Source: Camelus ferus (taxonomy: Eukaryota). From it: a stretch of DNA of 64,000 nt. The stretch spans positions 80,416,001-80,480,000 of the forward strand of contig NC_045696.1 of the NCBI RefSeq assembly GCF_009834535.1, written 5' to 3'. The translations under genes and the position numbers were made by a program. Below, one piece after another: positions 1-12,462 of this stretch. How positions within the stretch are numbered: position 1 is the first letter of the stretch; each line of letters opens with the position of its first letter. The notes beneath the pieces were generated by a model. That model was not told the origin of the DNA. It worked only from the letters and a program-made list of their open reading frames with translations, and ran no database searches.

Positions 1-119
1 TTTGTTTCACATAGTCACTATGTAGAAAACCAAACACTATCACCAAGTTGGAACAGTGCCAGATAAATGTTTCCAATGGCTACAGACTCAGAGGACTCCC
101 GACACTTTGCGCTACCCAC

Positions 120-258
120 CTTCCACTGCAAGGTTAGGGAGCTTTTGCTCCTGTGTGCCAGCTTAGGTGGGAAGGGGCACTCGGGCGCACAGCTGTGGGT
201 GGTGAAGCTCACTGGCTCAGAGCAGGATCCCTTTACGGAATTGTACATAGCATATACC
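120..258 (-). CDS. FNDC3B: FNDC3B coding exon (~exon 10, 139 nt), (R)VYAMYNSVKGSCSEPVSFTTHSCAPECPFPPKLAHRSKSSLTLQWK
   Basis: Acceptor gtctgttttcag|GGTATAT and donor TGGAAG|gtgggt. It covers the end of FN3-1 and the start of FN3-2; phase 2 to 0. Confidence 0.97.
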
Positions 259-1872
259 CTGAAAACAGACAGACAAACACAGTCAGTGGCAGTGGCCCAT
301 CACGGAAGACCAGGGTGTTTATCTCAGCTTTGCCCCAGGGTTTTCCACAGAGGAACAGAACTTCTTACACAGTACACACCATGACCCTTGTTCCTATCTA
401 CTGGTCTTGTCCTGACCTGACTATGGTCAGCATTTCCAGGGGAAAACCAGACTAACAGGCAATGTGCCTCTCTCCTACTAATTCTCAGAAACACCCAGCC
501 CCATTTAAGACAGGGAGAGACTACTGACTGGAAAAGAATATGCTAAATAAGAAAATGTCCTGTATCCCCCAAATGGTCTCCAAATGTACTTTCTAAAAAC
601 CATGAGGCCACTCTCTGGTTGACTTTGTCTGGAAAGAGGCTCGAAGTAGTTAGAGGTTGGGTGAAAGGAGACACGAAGCAGTGGTAAGAGTCTACAAACT
701 GGAGAGAGAGGTAGGAGTACAAACCACAGGTGAGATATCACCTCTGAACTGTTCGTAACACTGCAGATATTTAGGTAGAAATGAGGACATTTCACACACA
801 GAAACATGCTATCTACTGCCAAATGCATCTCTCTAATTCAATAAAAACACTGTTCAGGTACAGTTTATCCATGTGAGCATCTAACTCTTGCACCTGGAGC
901 CAAGATTAAAGATGTGTGTTGTGCACATTAAAATACCTGGCTCAATACTGAACATATGGGCCTGATTTCTCTAGAGAAGCTGTGAAGAAAAAGCATATAA
1001 CATGCTATTAGAAAATCACTCCTTTCAAATAGCATAAAATAGGATTATGTTGATTTTTTTATCATCTTCCTTTCTACTTTTCCATTTTTTAAATATTGGG
1101 CATTAAAAAAATAACTTGAAAACATCCTCTTTCAAAAAGACAACAAAGAAACCTTTGCTGCCTAAAAAGATAAAAGGATTAAGCTATTCAGAATTGGTAA
1201 ATATATCAAGTTCTTAATTCTTAACCCTTTATGAGGTGCCATTAAAGACACAACACTCAGACTACACAGGTAAAGTAAATTTCCCAAAGCTACACAGCTA
1301 GAAAGTTGGATCAACTGTATTCAGTCATAGAAATCTGTTATCCTGTATTCCCTCCTGTCCTTACTCATCCTGTAATTATATTTCTTTAAGTACCCACGAT
1401 CCATTTCCCCTCACTCTGCCCAATGAATAAGTAGCAGCTAAAGATAACATGGAAAACCTAACTAGGGGTGTAATTTTTAAGGTCCTTTCTCCTCAAAGTC
1501 CATCACAAAAAATTTACAGAGATCATTCAAGTCAAAAGTTCTAACAGACATGCCTACCTTCCATTCTAAAAGGTAAAACACATATTTACTGGCTATTTGA
1601 CTTATTTGCCTGACGGGAGGACACCATGACATTTGATCCATTTGATCCAAACAAAAGATGCTTATCGACAGGATGCTCTTCACCCAACCTGATGAAAGAA
1701 ATTCTGCTTTTTGCATTCACTATAAGTAGGCACACGATAATATAAAACTGAATGCTAGATTTGGCAAGACCATTTCCATGCATCAGGACAGGCTCACTGA
1801 GAGTAAGTTACTTAAAATGAGTCATAGAACATTCCAGACATAGGCAAGGTTCCAGCCTGAACTTTAGCAGAT

Positions 1873-2925
1873 CAGTTGAATTCTCCAACCGAAGGCTCAT
1901 GGATTGCATCTGGCCCTAAATGTACATGTGTGGGGGAGGAACACATGTTTTACAATATTACAGCCACCAATGAATTAAAGGACACAGGCAATTATTAACA
2001 AAAAAGAGACAAGCAGATATTTTGCACTCCTAATGAGAGAAAAATTGAACCTGTATCTGATTAAACGTCTTCACTGCTGTATGGGAAACACAGAGAGAAC
2101 ACTATTAAGCAACACTACAGGGATGCAATCAGCCTAATTCACAATGTGGAAAATTCTACAGGACAAAAAGAAAATTTATTACAACAAATAAATTGCAGGA
2201 AGAGGGGAAAAAAAAAAAGAAGAGAGAGAGAGAGAGAAAGATGGAGAGAAAACCTACAGATTAAAAGAAATTTAAGAGCTATCAGCCAAACACAATATTC
2301 CAGACCATGTTTGAATTCCAATTACAACAAACTGAAAAACAAAACCTTCATTTTTAAGACAACTGGGGAAATGGGGACAGTCTCTGGATTTTAAAGACAT
2401 TAAAGAATTTATCAGTTTTATTTTGGATGGGCACAGGGTATGCGATGATGGTAATGTGGTTCACAGGTAAAGTAATACCATGTCTGGACTTTGCTGCAAA
2501 ATAACTGCTGGAGGAGAGAAAAGGTGAGCGCAACAAGGAAATAGAACAATGGCTGGTAGGCAGATGAGAGTTCATTAAATTACTGTCCACTTTTGATTGT
2601 AACTGAAATCTTGGGAAGTAAAAAGTTAAAAATTAAGCCAATATTGAACAAAATCCTTGAGATCTCTCATTTTAAAAAATGAACCTCTCTGGCTTCTCTT
2701 AAGAACTAGAAGTCCTAGCAACACTGAACTGCATTCCTACATGACAGCAACCTGATGAAGCTGAGAGCAACGCCCCCTTTAGCCCCCTTAGTCGGGGCTG
2801 TTCAGTGCAGGGTCCCTAGCACTCTGTGACTGTCTCCCGGCTCTGGGAATGCTTTGCAGCTGCCTTTATCCAATCCTTTTTATCCATTTGCGTTCCCAGT
2901 AGGCATCTCATTTTGCAGTCACTAG
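1873..2925 (+). mobile_element. MER102-like hAT element (~1873-1960 and ~2630-2925) interrupted by an old L1M 3' fragment (~1960-2628)
   Basis: gcaacactgaactgcattcctacatgacagcaacc...gctgagagcaacgccccctttag resembles the MER102 core as recalled. The middle segment has L1ME/L1MC 3'UTR-like phrases (agattaaaagaaatttaagag, ggattttaaagacattaaagaatt). Boundaries are approximate. Confidence 0.55.
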
Positions 2926-5900
2926 GTATTTGCTTACAAATTCAGACTGTAGTAAAACAGATAGACCAGGTCCTAAATATTCACAACAGTCAGCACTGAA
3001 AACCAATGCGGGTAACACAACAGGGGAAAGGAGGCAGGGGAAGGTCTGCAGAGTACTTGCAGACCGGACCACAGCTAGTTATCTGGGGAGTCTGGACTCA
3101 GTCAAGTTGGTTCTTTCTTTTTAATGAGATTCTTGGAGTCACAAATCCATACTTAGGCTAGAGAAACATGAGTGAAGGAGGCTTCTGATAGCCAGGTCAG
3201 GGGGATGACAGTAGGAATAAAAGGACCTGATGGCAGAAGCAAAAATTTGAGGTAGCTGAAGATGGGACAGTTGTATGGGCCACAAGGAGTTATTACTCCT
3301 GTGTTTAAACTCAAAGAATGTTATTTTGTCTAAATTAGGAGTCGGTGCTCTGTACTCATAAAAGTCTGTTCCAAAGGCAACGAGAGCCATTTTATATGGC
3401 AATATAAATGCACTGCACACAGTATCTAAAACCTGATCATCTAAGTACCCCATGATTACATCTGTCTATTAAAACTGTTCAGTAAACAGACAGCAAGTAG
3501 TTGTAATAACAACCAGTTTCATGTTTGTCAATCTGTTTTCACCAGTAACTTTTACAGAAAAGTAGTCTCTGGAAACGACCTTACACATTCAAGAATGTTG
3601 CAATAATATTTCTCACATGATGCTGATGTGTCTTCTCCAAATACTATCATGTGACAGGAGGATCTGTGGAACAGGGGCGGTTTCCTAGGTTAAACATGTC
3701 AGCCAACAATTCAGTTCCTTTAGCACTTATCCCAGCAAAGAAGAACACATTTTTCTAAGATATAATTAATCTTGTGTTGGGTTTTCACATTTGTTTCAGT
3801 TTAAATACTGACTAAATGCTTATGAAACAGGTGCTCCAGGAATTTCAGAAATCTGCCTCCAACTTCCTCCAGCACATCTGTAACATACTAGGAGCCACAG
3901 TTTTTAGTCAATAACACCTATTTCATAACTGTGCACTGAGCTGGTCAACCTCATATTTTTGGAAATATTTCATCACATAATTTTTCTGGGAAATGTTATT
4001 ACATGATATCATCTCTGGGTGACTTCTTTGCCAGACTGTTTATGCCAATGACTGGAAAACAGCCTGAAATTTTGTCATGAAATTGTTATCCATTCTGTCA
4101 CTCAAATTTCTGATTATCCTATCATTGATAAAAATATGTATTCTTGACTGCCACAGTAAAATGATACTCAATGTCAGTTTTAACTACAAAACTACCAATT
4201 AAAAGACATATGCTATTCTTTGTGTATAAGTAAATGAATACATATAAATGTTTGTTAAGTTACATACTTATGCGTAAGTATTATAAAATATAATGCTATT
4301 TATTTATGTGTGTATATTATATGTATGTATTAGACCTTTCTTTCTCATTCTTCTCTCCCTTCCTCAACAAACACACAAATAATTTCTCTCTCTCTCACGC
4401 ACACTACCCCACCCCCTGCAGATTTGGTGGCTTTATACAACATGTAACACAATGCCTTATATGGAAGCACTGAATAAATACACTTTGACAATTAAAAATT
4501 GATTTCTTTTAAACATTCAACTAACATTAAACCAAAAAAAGCAATTTGTATGAGAACTGACTAATACAAAAGTGATGACTTCAATAAAAATCTAACCCAA
4601 GACCCAACAACTAAATTTTTCAAATCAACATAATAGAGGAATATCTTTTCCCCAATCACCAGGATTAAAAAAAAAAAAGGTTGAATAGATGTGGAGCAAT
4701 GACACACAAAAATTCATAGCAAAAGGTGAGAAAGGAAAAAAAAATCTTTTAAACCTGAAATGTCTTAGGATACAATTTCCAATGTGGAATTTGGCTTAAA
4801 TGGTACGGCAAATGCGAGACCCACAGCACCGTCTCAAGGACGTCACTGGTCTCTTCACATGGTGTTCTCAGTAACAGTGAGGAGACAGCAAGGAGAAGTC
4901 GAGAGTGATCCCTGCCTAGGAAGTGATGACAAGCACCATAGTCCAACGACACAACCCCATGACTGAGACTGCTACTTCAAAAGCTGGTTTGTGTGTCTGA
5001 CTGGTGAACTCAGACAGCACTCACTGACACGAGGGAGGGAGAGCAGAAAAGGAGAGAAAGCATTCTACACAGATGCCGAGCAATCAGTGGGAAGGGGATG
5101 GGATCAGAGGAGCAAAGTCAGAATCGACGAGGAAGGAGCCCTTAGGTGAGACTTCAGTGCCTGATGTGAGAAACAACCTTTTCACTCTGCTGCACAGTGA
5201 CTGGAACAGGCCTTCCGCAGGCCTTTGTCCACATGTGCACTATTATGAACGGGAAGGAGAATACAGCCTGCTTGGCGCTGCTAAAAGAAACATCTCTGTT
5301 CTCATCATTGGCTCTCCAGACTTCCAGCAGGGCGACACTTTCTGAATCGGTGATGCACAAATCAATAAAAGTGGCAATGAACATAACTGCTCATTTTGCA
5401 ACTGTACAGTAATGGAATTCTTTCATAACTTCTGTTAGGGGATTTAGTGAGGAAATATTTCCACACAGTCTTTTGAGGCCTTATACGTGACTGTTAAACT
5501 TAAAATTATGTTTGAGGCTACTGTGTTGATAAAAGCTTACATTCCTGGAACTAAGACTTTGAGAATGTTAACTCAATTGCATCATAAAAAGAGATTTTGC
5601 TGCTTTTTTTCAGTGCTAATTGTGATATATGTTTATCTCAATAAAACAGTGAGTGACATGGTCAAACTATACACAGGTTCAAAGAACCTGTAGTGTGAAG
5701 TTGTTTCTATTTTTAGAGTGTGGGAAAACTGCAACAACTTTAGAAAAACAAAACAAATAAAAACAACATTTTTAACTTTACAGGTTTATAGCACATTTGC
5801 ACATATATTTCATCTGCTCTCACACCATTTTCCTGAGCCTAGTATCATTATTACCCTCATTTTATGAATGAGAAAATAAGGCCATTGAAGTTTATATGTC

Positions 5901-8133
5901 TTGCCCAATCACACACCCTCAGTAAGTGACTGAACCGTTAACTCCCAATTCCAAGCTTTGTCCAACAGATTATCATGCTGCCTCGCCAAAGCAAATTAAG
6001 GCAGAGGAACTTAAAATTAAGTAGGGGTTGGAAGTGTTAAAAAGTCTTCTCTAGATTGAAAAATAAATGATCTACATGGATTATGGACTAGGCAGGGCAA
6101 AGAGTCTATATTTTGGATTGTAGACATTTTTCTTAGGAAAGGAATATTTTAAAATACTAAGATCATGACCAAAGAGGGGAAGAATTTTCTTTCTCTCTGG
6201 CCAGCAGAGAGCTAGACCAAGTAACAGCTGGTGGTGCCTTAGGCTGCATGTGTGTGGTGTCACGTACGTGTCAAATGTGTCACAAGTGTGGGACCCCAGA
6301 TGTGTTAGGAGGAAGTCCGGATGCAAGGCCTTCAGATGCTCCTCATACTGTTTCTTTTGGGGAACTCATTATTACTCCTTTTGTCTGCCCAGAGTTCAAG
6401 GTGTTCTTAAGACATGGCAGTAAAAGACTTAACGAGCAAGTATTCTAAAATTTACCCTTTCTAAGAGGGGTTAAAAAGAAACTAAGGGAAACAGACAAGA
6501 TAGTAAATAAAGGGCAGACTGTGACATTTATGTTTCTTTAACAAGATAGTGTCAGTTCATGAATGAACAGCAAATTAATAATGTAAACCTTAAGCAAAGC
6601 AATGACAATGAACTGCTAAAAGACAGAGGGAAAAAAAGAAACATGTTAACAATGTCTAATGGAGAACACTGACACGACTCCCTATATGGTGTTAACACTT
6701 TCTGGTTTGTTGTTCAATCAACCATTTGAAAGAATGGTTAAACTATTCCTATTATCATCTCAGCTTCATAAATTATACAAATCTTTTTGTTTGTACAGAC
6801 GGTGTGAAAAGTTCAATACGTTAGGGCTGAAGCTAACTTTAAATCCAAAAGTTTTGATTTAAAGAGGAAAACATGATTGCAATAGAGATCATCTAAACAA
6901 TACAATAGCTAAGCAGATGTACATTTTATGACTGAATATAAAAAACCTTGCTCTTTTATGTATGCTTTAAATGCGGTTTTAAACACTTACGCAGCTAATA
7001 AGGTATTATAACCTGAACACACCCCTACTTCCCCTATCTTTGTTCCCAAGAATCTTGCGGCACAGATTCTATGTGATTGACCAAAGTTAAAACAGTTAAT
7101 TCATGGCAGAACCAGACTGAACTCAAGCCTCCTGGTAATTAACATATGCTCTTCCTACTGGACTACCCTCCCTCTACTCCACCACAGAGCAACATGTGGT
7201 GTGAATTATCCTTTGGAAATTACAATAAAGGATGTGTGCTTGATGCCTGCAATTTTATTACACAATGTTGATATACACACAGATAATTAAAGAAAGGAGA
7301 TTTTGTTGTTGTGCATCCTAGTAGACAAAATTAGAATGTTTGGTCAAATTTAAAAAGTAAAATTTTAAATTAAAACTTAAAAAAATATTAAGAATCACAT
7401 TCAGATGAAGAAATCTGCCTATTTGCAAATGGATATACAAATGGATCTTTGAATAAACAGATGAGCTCTGTAACAATTCAGATAATACTTTCCCCCTCAC
7501 AGGTCTGCGGCTGGCTCGGTTTCTTCCTAAGATCAGCTAGCCCTGCCTTCCAGAGCAGTCACAGGAGAGATTCCAGAAAAATCACAGTAGAGATTTCAGA
7601 CTACATATCAGACTATACAAGTTTTTTTGCTTTTTGGCAAACTGGGTTAGTTCTTGTTAGTGATAATTTTGATATTTGCATTACTTGTTTTATTTCAAAA
7701 TGTATTGTCTTTTAAGGTCCAAAGGTGTTCTTTAAACATGGGAAGGGTTTCATTTAGTTATCTGGGCTGAACATGCATGTATGGTCTACAATAAAACAAC
7801 TGGTATATCTATGGTAAAAATTCTTTTATAAAAAAATATCATATATTAAACCACACACTCCAATAGATCATAGAAGACTATGTAAAATAAAAATTACTTC
7901 TTAAAAGTAATTTTTAAAATTCTGTCCAGGGTATCATCTACTTTTCCATTTCTGGAAGTACTTGTGTGGACCCCCAATCTCTATCAGGACACTTAGGAAT
8001 GGCCAATGAGCAAAGGTACTGCAACTCTTTGTTAGGCAAGTGCTGTTAACCAAACAGGTTTAAAAAGGTGGACATGATTTACTTTAGAAATCTGAATTCT
8101 TCAATACTATTCAGCTCTTATATCCTAACTCAC

Positions 8134-8193
8134 CTCACATGATAATCGGTTGCTGGTCTAAGATCTTTCAGGTTACATTCTAATTCTTCTCCA
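8134..8193 (-). CDS. FNDC3B: FNDC3B small coding exon (~exon 9, 60 nt), (S)GEELECNLKDLRPATDYHV(R)
   Basis: Absent from the ORF track. It reads ctttacag|T GGA GAA GAA TTA GAA TGT AAC CTG AAA GAT CTT AGA CCA GCA ACC GAT TAT CAT GTG AG|gtgagt and carries the FN3 L.P.T.Y motif; phase 2-2. Confidence 0.96.
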
Positions 8194-8789
8194 CTGTAAA
8201 GAAAAATCATTTATTAGTTAATGATATCAGTTTCAAAAATACAACAGGTTTTGGATTTGAGTCTCATAGTCATGTACCAACAATGATTCAAGAATTATTA
8301 TGTCTGATTCCACCATAAGCCAGAAATAAACTTTCCCATTTGACAGCTTTTTTCTGGACTAGAAAATTAGATTCCTTTAAATGATGTCATTCTAGATTTG
8401 AAAAATGGCAAGGTTAACTTAGTAATAAAAGTGCAAAAGATCTTATCATTTCTTCATAGTAACATCACAAAAATAATTAAGTAAATAAGCAAGCAAATTG
8501 AACAGATATACAGATAAACATAAGTATAAATAATAGTACCAGCTCTCAGCTGAAGGTGGCTCTCATGGCTTATCATGGCAGGAACCCCAAATGCTTTAAC
8601 TTCTCAACTCTTGAAGAAATTTCAGTCTGCTTCCCTAACATATCAATACTAATAAATAGCTCTCCTATACAAAATAAAACCATTTATCTGACCACAAGTT
8701 ACAACAGAACCTCGACTTAATCATGAGAAAACAATCAACACAAAATAAGGAATGCTCCCATTAAAACTCTTTTAAAAGGTGAGGGGGAT

Positions 8790-9285
8790 GTGTGTGGGCA
8801 TAACTGCATTCTACTCAGACATAAAAAAGAATGAAATTCTGTCATTTGCAACAACATGGATGAACCTGGAGGTTATTATGCTTAGTGAAAAAAGTTAGAA
8901 AAAGACAAACACTGCATGTTATCACTTATATGCGGAATCTGAAAAATAAAACAAACAAATAGAACAGAACAGAAATAGGCTCACAGATACAGAGAACCAA
9001 CTGATGGTTGAATGGGGTGAGTAGAGTGGGGAGGGGCAAGAGAGGGGTAGGGGATTAAGAAGTACAAACTACTACTATGTACAAAATGAATAAGCTCCAA
9101 GGATATATTGTTCAGCACAATGAATATAGCAGACACTTTTCCAATAACTTTAAATGGAGGACAATCTATAAAAATTTTGAATCAGTTGTACACTTGAAAC
9201 TAATACTGTAAGTCAACTATTCCTCAGCTAAAAAATCACTATGGAACTAACAACACTGTATGTCAACTATATTTCAAATAAGTAA
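8790..9285 (+). mobile_element. L1 3' end fragment (L1MA/laurasiatherian type)
   Basis: Contains ataaaaaagaatgaaattctgtcatttgcaacaacatggatgaacctggaggttattatgcttagtgaa, a hallmark L1 ORF2-end/3'UTR motif, and ends in gaaactaatactgtaagtcaactat plus an A-rich tail. Confidence 0.88.
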
Positions 9286-9309
9286 GTAAATTTTTTTTCA
9301 GTCAATTCA

Positions 9310-10720
9310 ATGGATAATTCTTAAACATGATTTAATCAAGCGAGGCCACCAAACACTGTTGCTTCCCACTGTGCTGGAAGAGGAAGTGTACAGAACCACC
9401 TTGAAGTATTCCTTCCACAGCTGTTAAGTCTGAACCTGACTAAGCTCTAGAGCTAACTACCAACTTATAGGAAATATGGGGGAGGGAAGATCAAGTTAAA
9501 GGACACCATAAATTCAGAATGCAAGAAAGTGATCTATTTTTTGCAAATGGTCAAGAATTTTTATAAAGGTGGGAGATTCACTTGAAACTAATATTGCATG
9601 TCAACGATACTTCAATAAAAAAACCTTTAAATTAAATAAATAAAAAAATAATAAAGTGGCTATACCATTTCACACATACAAAAAAAAATGGAGAAGGGGA
9701 CTATTCAAGATTAAAATAGATTTATGAGACATAACAAACCCATGCAATGAGTGGGGCTAGTTTGGATTCTAATAAGAACAAACCAATTTTAAAAACATAT
9801 TTTAGAGACAATTGAGGAAATCTGAATACAGCGTAGATATTAAATGATGCCAGATATTATTGTTAAGTTTTTCTAGATATTAATGACATTATAGTTAAGT
9901 GAAAAAAAAAATCTATGTTGATCCATATTGAACTATGTAGGAGTACCCTGGTGTGTGATCTGTGAATTGCTACCAAATGCTTCAGTAATAACAATAACAA
10001 TAACAATAACAATAATAATAATAATACAGGAGGGATATGGATTGTGACAAAATCTTGATAATTGTTAACTATGAGTGATGGCTGTATCTGGGGATTGATT
10101 GTACTGTTTTCTCTACTTTTCTGTATGCTTGAAATTTAGTCACAATTTTTAAAAAATTTAAACTTACTGCCCTGCTAGTAATATGTAAAGTAATATTTCT
10201 GTTTTGAAAAGTATCTATAGATGTGAGTTTTCTTTATTAAAGAGGAAGATGGAAAAAAATAGTCAGCTCATAAAAGACAATGAAATACCATGAAATGTTC
10301 CAAATTAAAGAAGGCTGCTGAGACATGACAACTAACTGAAGTATCTGGCCTTAGAACGGATTCTGTCCTAGAGGGGAAGAAGAATGCTCCAGCAGACATT
10401 ACTTAATCAACTGACAAAACTGGAACACGGACGATGGGCTAGATAAAAGTATGGTACTGATGCAAAGTCTGCACTGCAGCTATTTAAGAAAATGTCTTAG
10501 GAAACATACTGAAGTATTTAGTAGTACAGGACCATGATATATAAAATTAATATGAAAAACTATAGATTAAGAGGGGAGCTAACGGGAGGGAAAGTCAAAT
10601 AGTAAAGTGAATAGGGTCAAAAGTTAGAAACAGGTAAACCTAGGTGAAGGATATTCACATATTCCTTGATTGCTATTTTTGCAACATAAGTTCAAAATTA
10701 TTCAAATAAAAATACTTTTT
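9310..10720 (+). mobile_element. Cluster of old L1M (L1MC/L1ME-like) 3'UTR fragments
   Basis: Typical old-L1 phrases (attaaaatagatttatgagacataacaa, tgtactgttttctctacttttctgtatgcttgaaattt, aaattaaagaaggctgctgagacatgacaact), with an (AACAAT)/(AAT) microsatellite at ~9988-10026. Confidence 0.6.
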
Positions 10721-10724
10721 TAAA

Positions 10725-11050
10725 GTTGCAACCTGGTGGCCAACGTCCACACCTTGCCTGCAGCTCTGCTGTTTGACCTGCACTATGAAGTGTTTTTGAA
10801 TTTGCTGACTTAGTTTTAACATTAGGCAAGTTTACTATCAATTCAGATTTTCAGCATTTCCTTTAAAACAATCCAAAGAACCAGCAAATCTAGGCCAACA
10901 TTCCCTATGCAACAACCTGTTTGAGGTGAGTGGTGGCTGCTGCCGCCAGATGAACACAGGAGTGCTCCTGTTCTCCTCATTCCCAACCTTCCTCCTGTCT
11001 CACTTCTGTCACCTGCCTGTCCCTCTGAGCACTTGGGACTCTAGCTCCTG
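10725..11050 (+). mobile_element. Second MER102-like hAT element
   Basis: ggccaacattccctatgcaacaacctgtttgaggtgagtggtggctgctgcc is visibly homologous to 2718-2780. Confidence 0.55.
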
Positions 11051-12310
11051 CTGCCACTGATCCTCGTGCACTGATAGAATGTAACTGGTTTAGAATGTAA
11101 CTGGTTTGCAGGGGCTGGGGGAAATGGTGCTCTATATTTTGTTAAGGTCATGACCCATTCTGACCCCAGTGGTTGTGAGGCAGAATACGGGGTTAGGACT
11201 ATATTATGAGTGCAGTGGAGAAGCACCCAGTGTTCTCACAGGGGAGTCACATGGTCCGACTTATGTTTCTGTAGCGTGGAGGCTGGAGGGCGGGAGAGCA
11301 CGAGTAGATGCTAGAGGAGCCTGAGGAGCTTCCTGCAAGAGTCCAGTCCAGCAGAAGCCCGATGGCAGTGACAGGAGGAGAGAGTGGATAAAGAGCTTCC
11401 CTCCCTCCCTCTTTCTCCCTTTTCTGTGACCAGAAGAAAAGTCCCTGGAGCAAGTTGAAAATTAGGTAAAGGGCTTGGGAGATGCAGGGTCTGCAGCACC
11501 GACGCAGCAGAGAGCCAGGAGAGAAAACCAGCCTCTCCGGCGGCGGAGGAAGGGGTGGGATCTGTGTGTCCGAGTTACGCTGTTCCTGGGGCCAGTCCCA
11601 GAGACGTCAAACAAGTAGTTAAAACAAGACCAGCCCTTCTGATTTCCTGCCCTACAAACCTGAGCAGTGCCCAGCAATCACAAAAGAAAAAAGACTTGAC
11701 CTCAAAAACTTTTATCACATTTAGAACAGGGCTATAAATCATTTGACTGGTTAATATCTGGGAGTCCACAAAGCAGAAGGGGTTAATCCCTTACTCTGTG
11801 TGCTAAACTTTTGACCATTTAAGAAAGTCTCAGAATGAAATGATTTAAAGTAATCTTTACTACAGACTGAGAAAACTAGTGTGGAGGATAAGTCGGAGGG
11901 TGAAATGGAAATCATCTGAAAGAATTAAAAAAAAACAAATCTAGAGAAAGGTCTGGGCCTAAAAAAAGATAATCAAATGAGTGCATGATATGAGTAAAAA
12001 CTAAAAGTCACACTCACTTTTTGCCCTGACAATATTAATGGAAAACTTTCTCTGGTACCACATTGGCAAGCTAACATAAATCAAGTGGCATATTTGACCA
12101 ACACCAAGTAGCTCTATAAAAGTCATTTCTGATTAGCAATTACTCTGAACAAAATTAACCATTGACATTATAATTACCACTAATTATTAAAAAGAACTAC
12201 TTAAAGGACAATTTGCAAAGCCAGTAAATTTTTCCTTTGCTTTCATTCTCCTTAATAACACCAATTTCACTGTTTAGCAGCTGAGAAACACACATGGAAA
12301 TATACTCTAC

Positions 12311-12462
12311 CTGTAAATTATCTTGTATTTTCCATCTCGTCCTTTGTCTGATAAGGCAACCTCGTAACTGTAGGGGAAGGAAAGACCACTGTGGGATCCA
12401 CATGAAAGTCCAACAGGGGGAGCCCAGGACAAAACAACTGTTCTTGCCTGAATATTAGAAAC
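12311..12462 (-). CDS. FNDC3B: FNDC3B coding exon (~exon 8, 152 nt), first FN3 domain VSNIQARTVVLSWAPP...GKYKIIY(S)
   Basis: Acceptor cttctcag|GTTTCT and donor TACAG|gtagag. It contains the FN3 motif VVLSW.PP and YEV; phase 0 to 2. Confidence 0.97.

Noticed and set aside
7490..7510. Strong plus-strand acceptor (ctttccccctcacag|g); also donor aag|gtaagt at ~45619
   Set aside because: Isolated splice-like motifs are expected by chance in 64 kb, and I found no partner site or coding frame.
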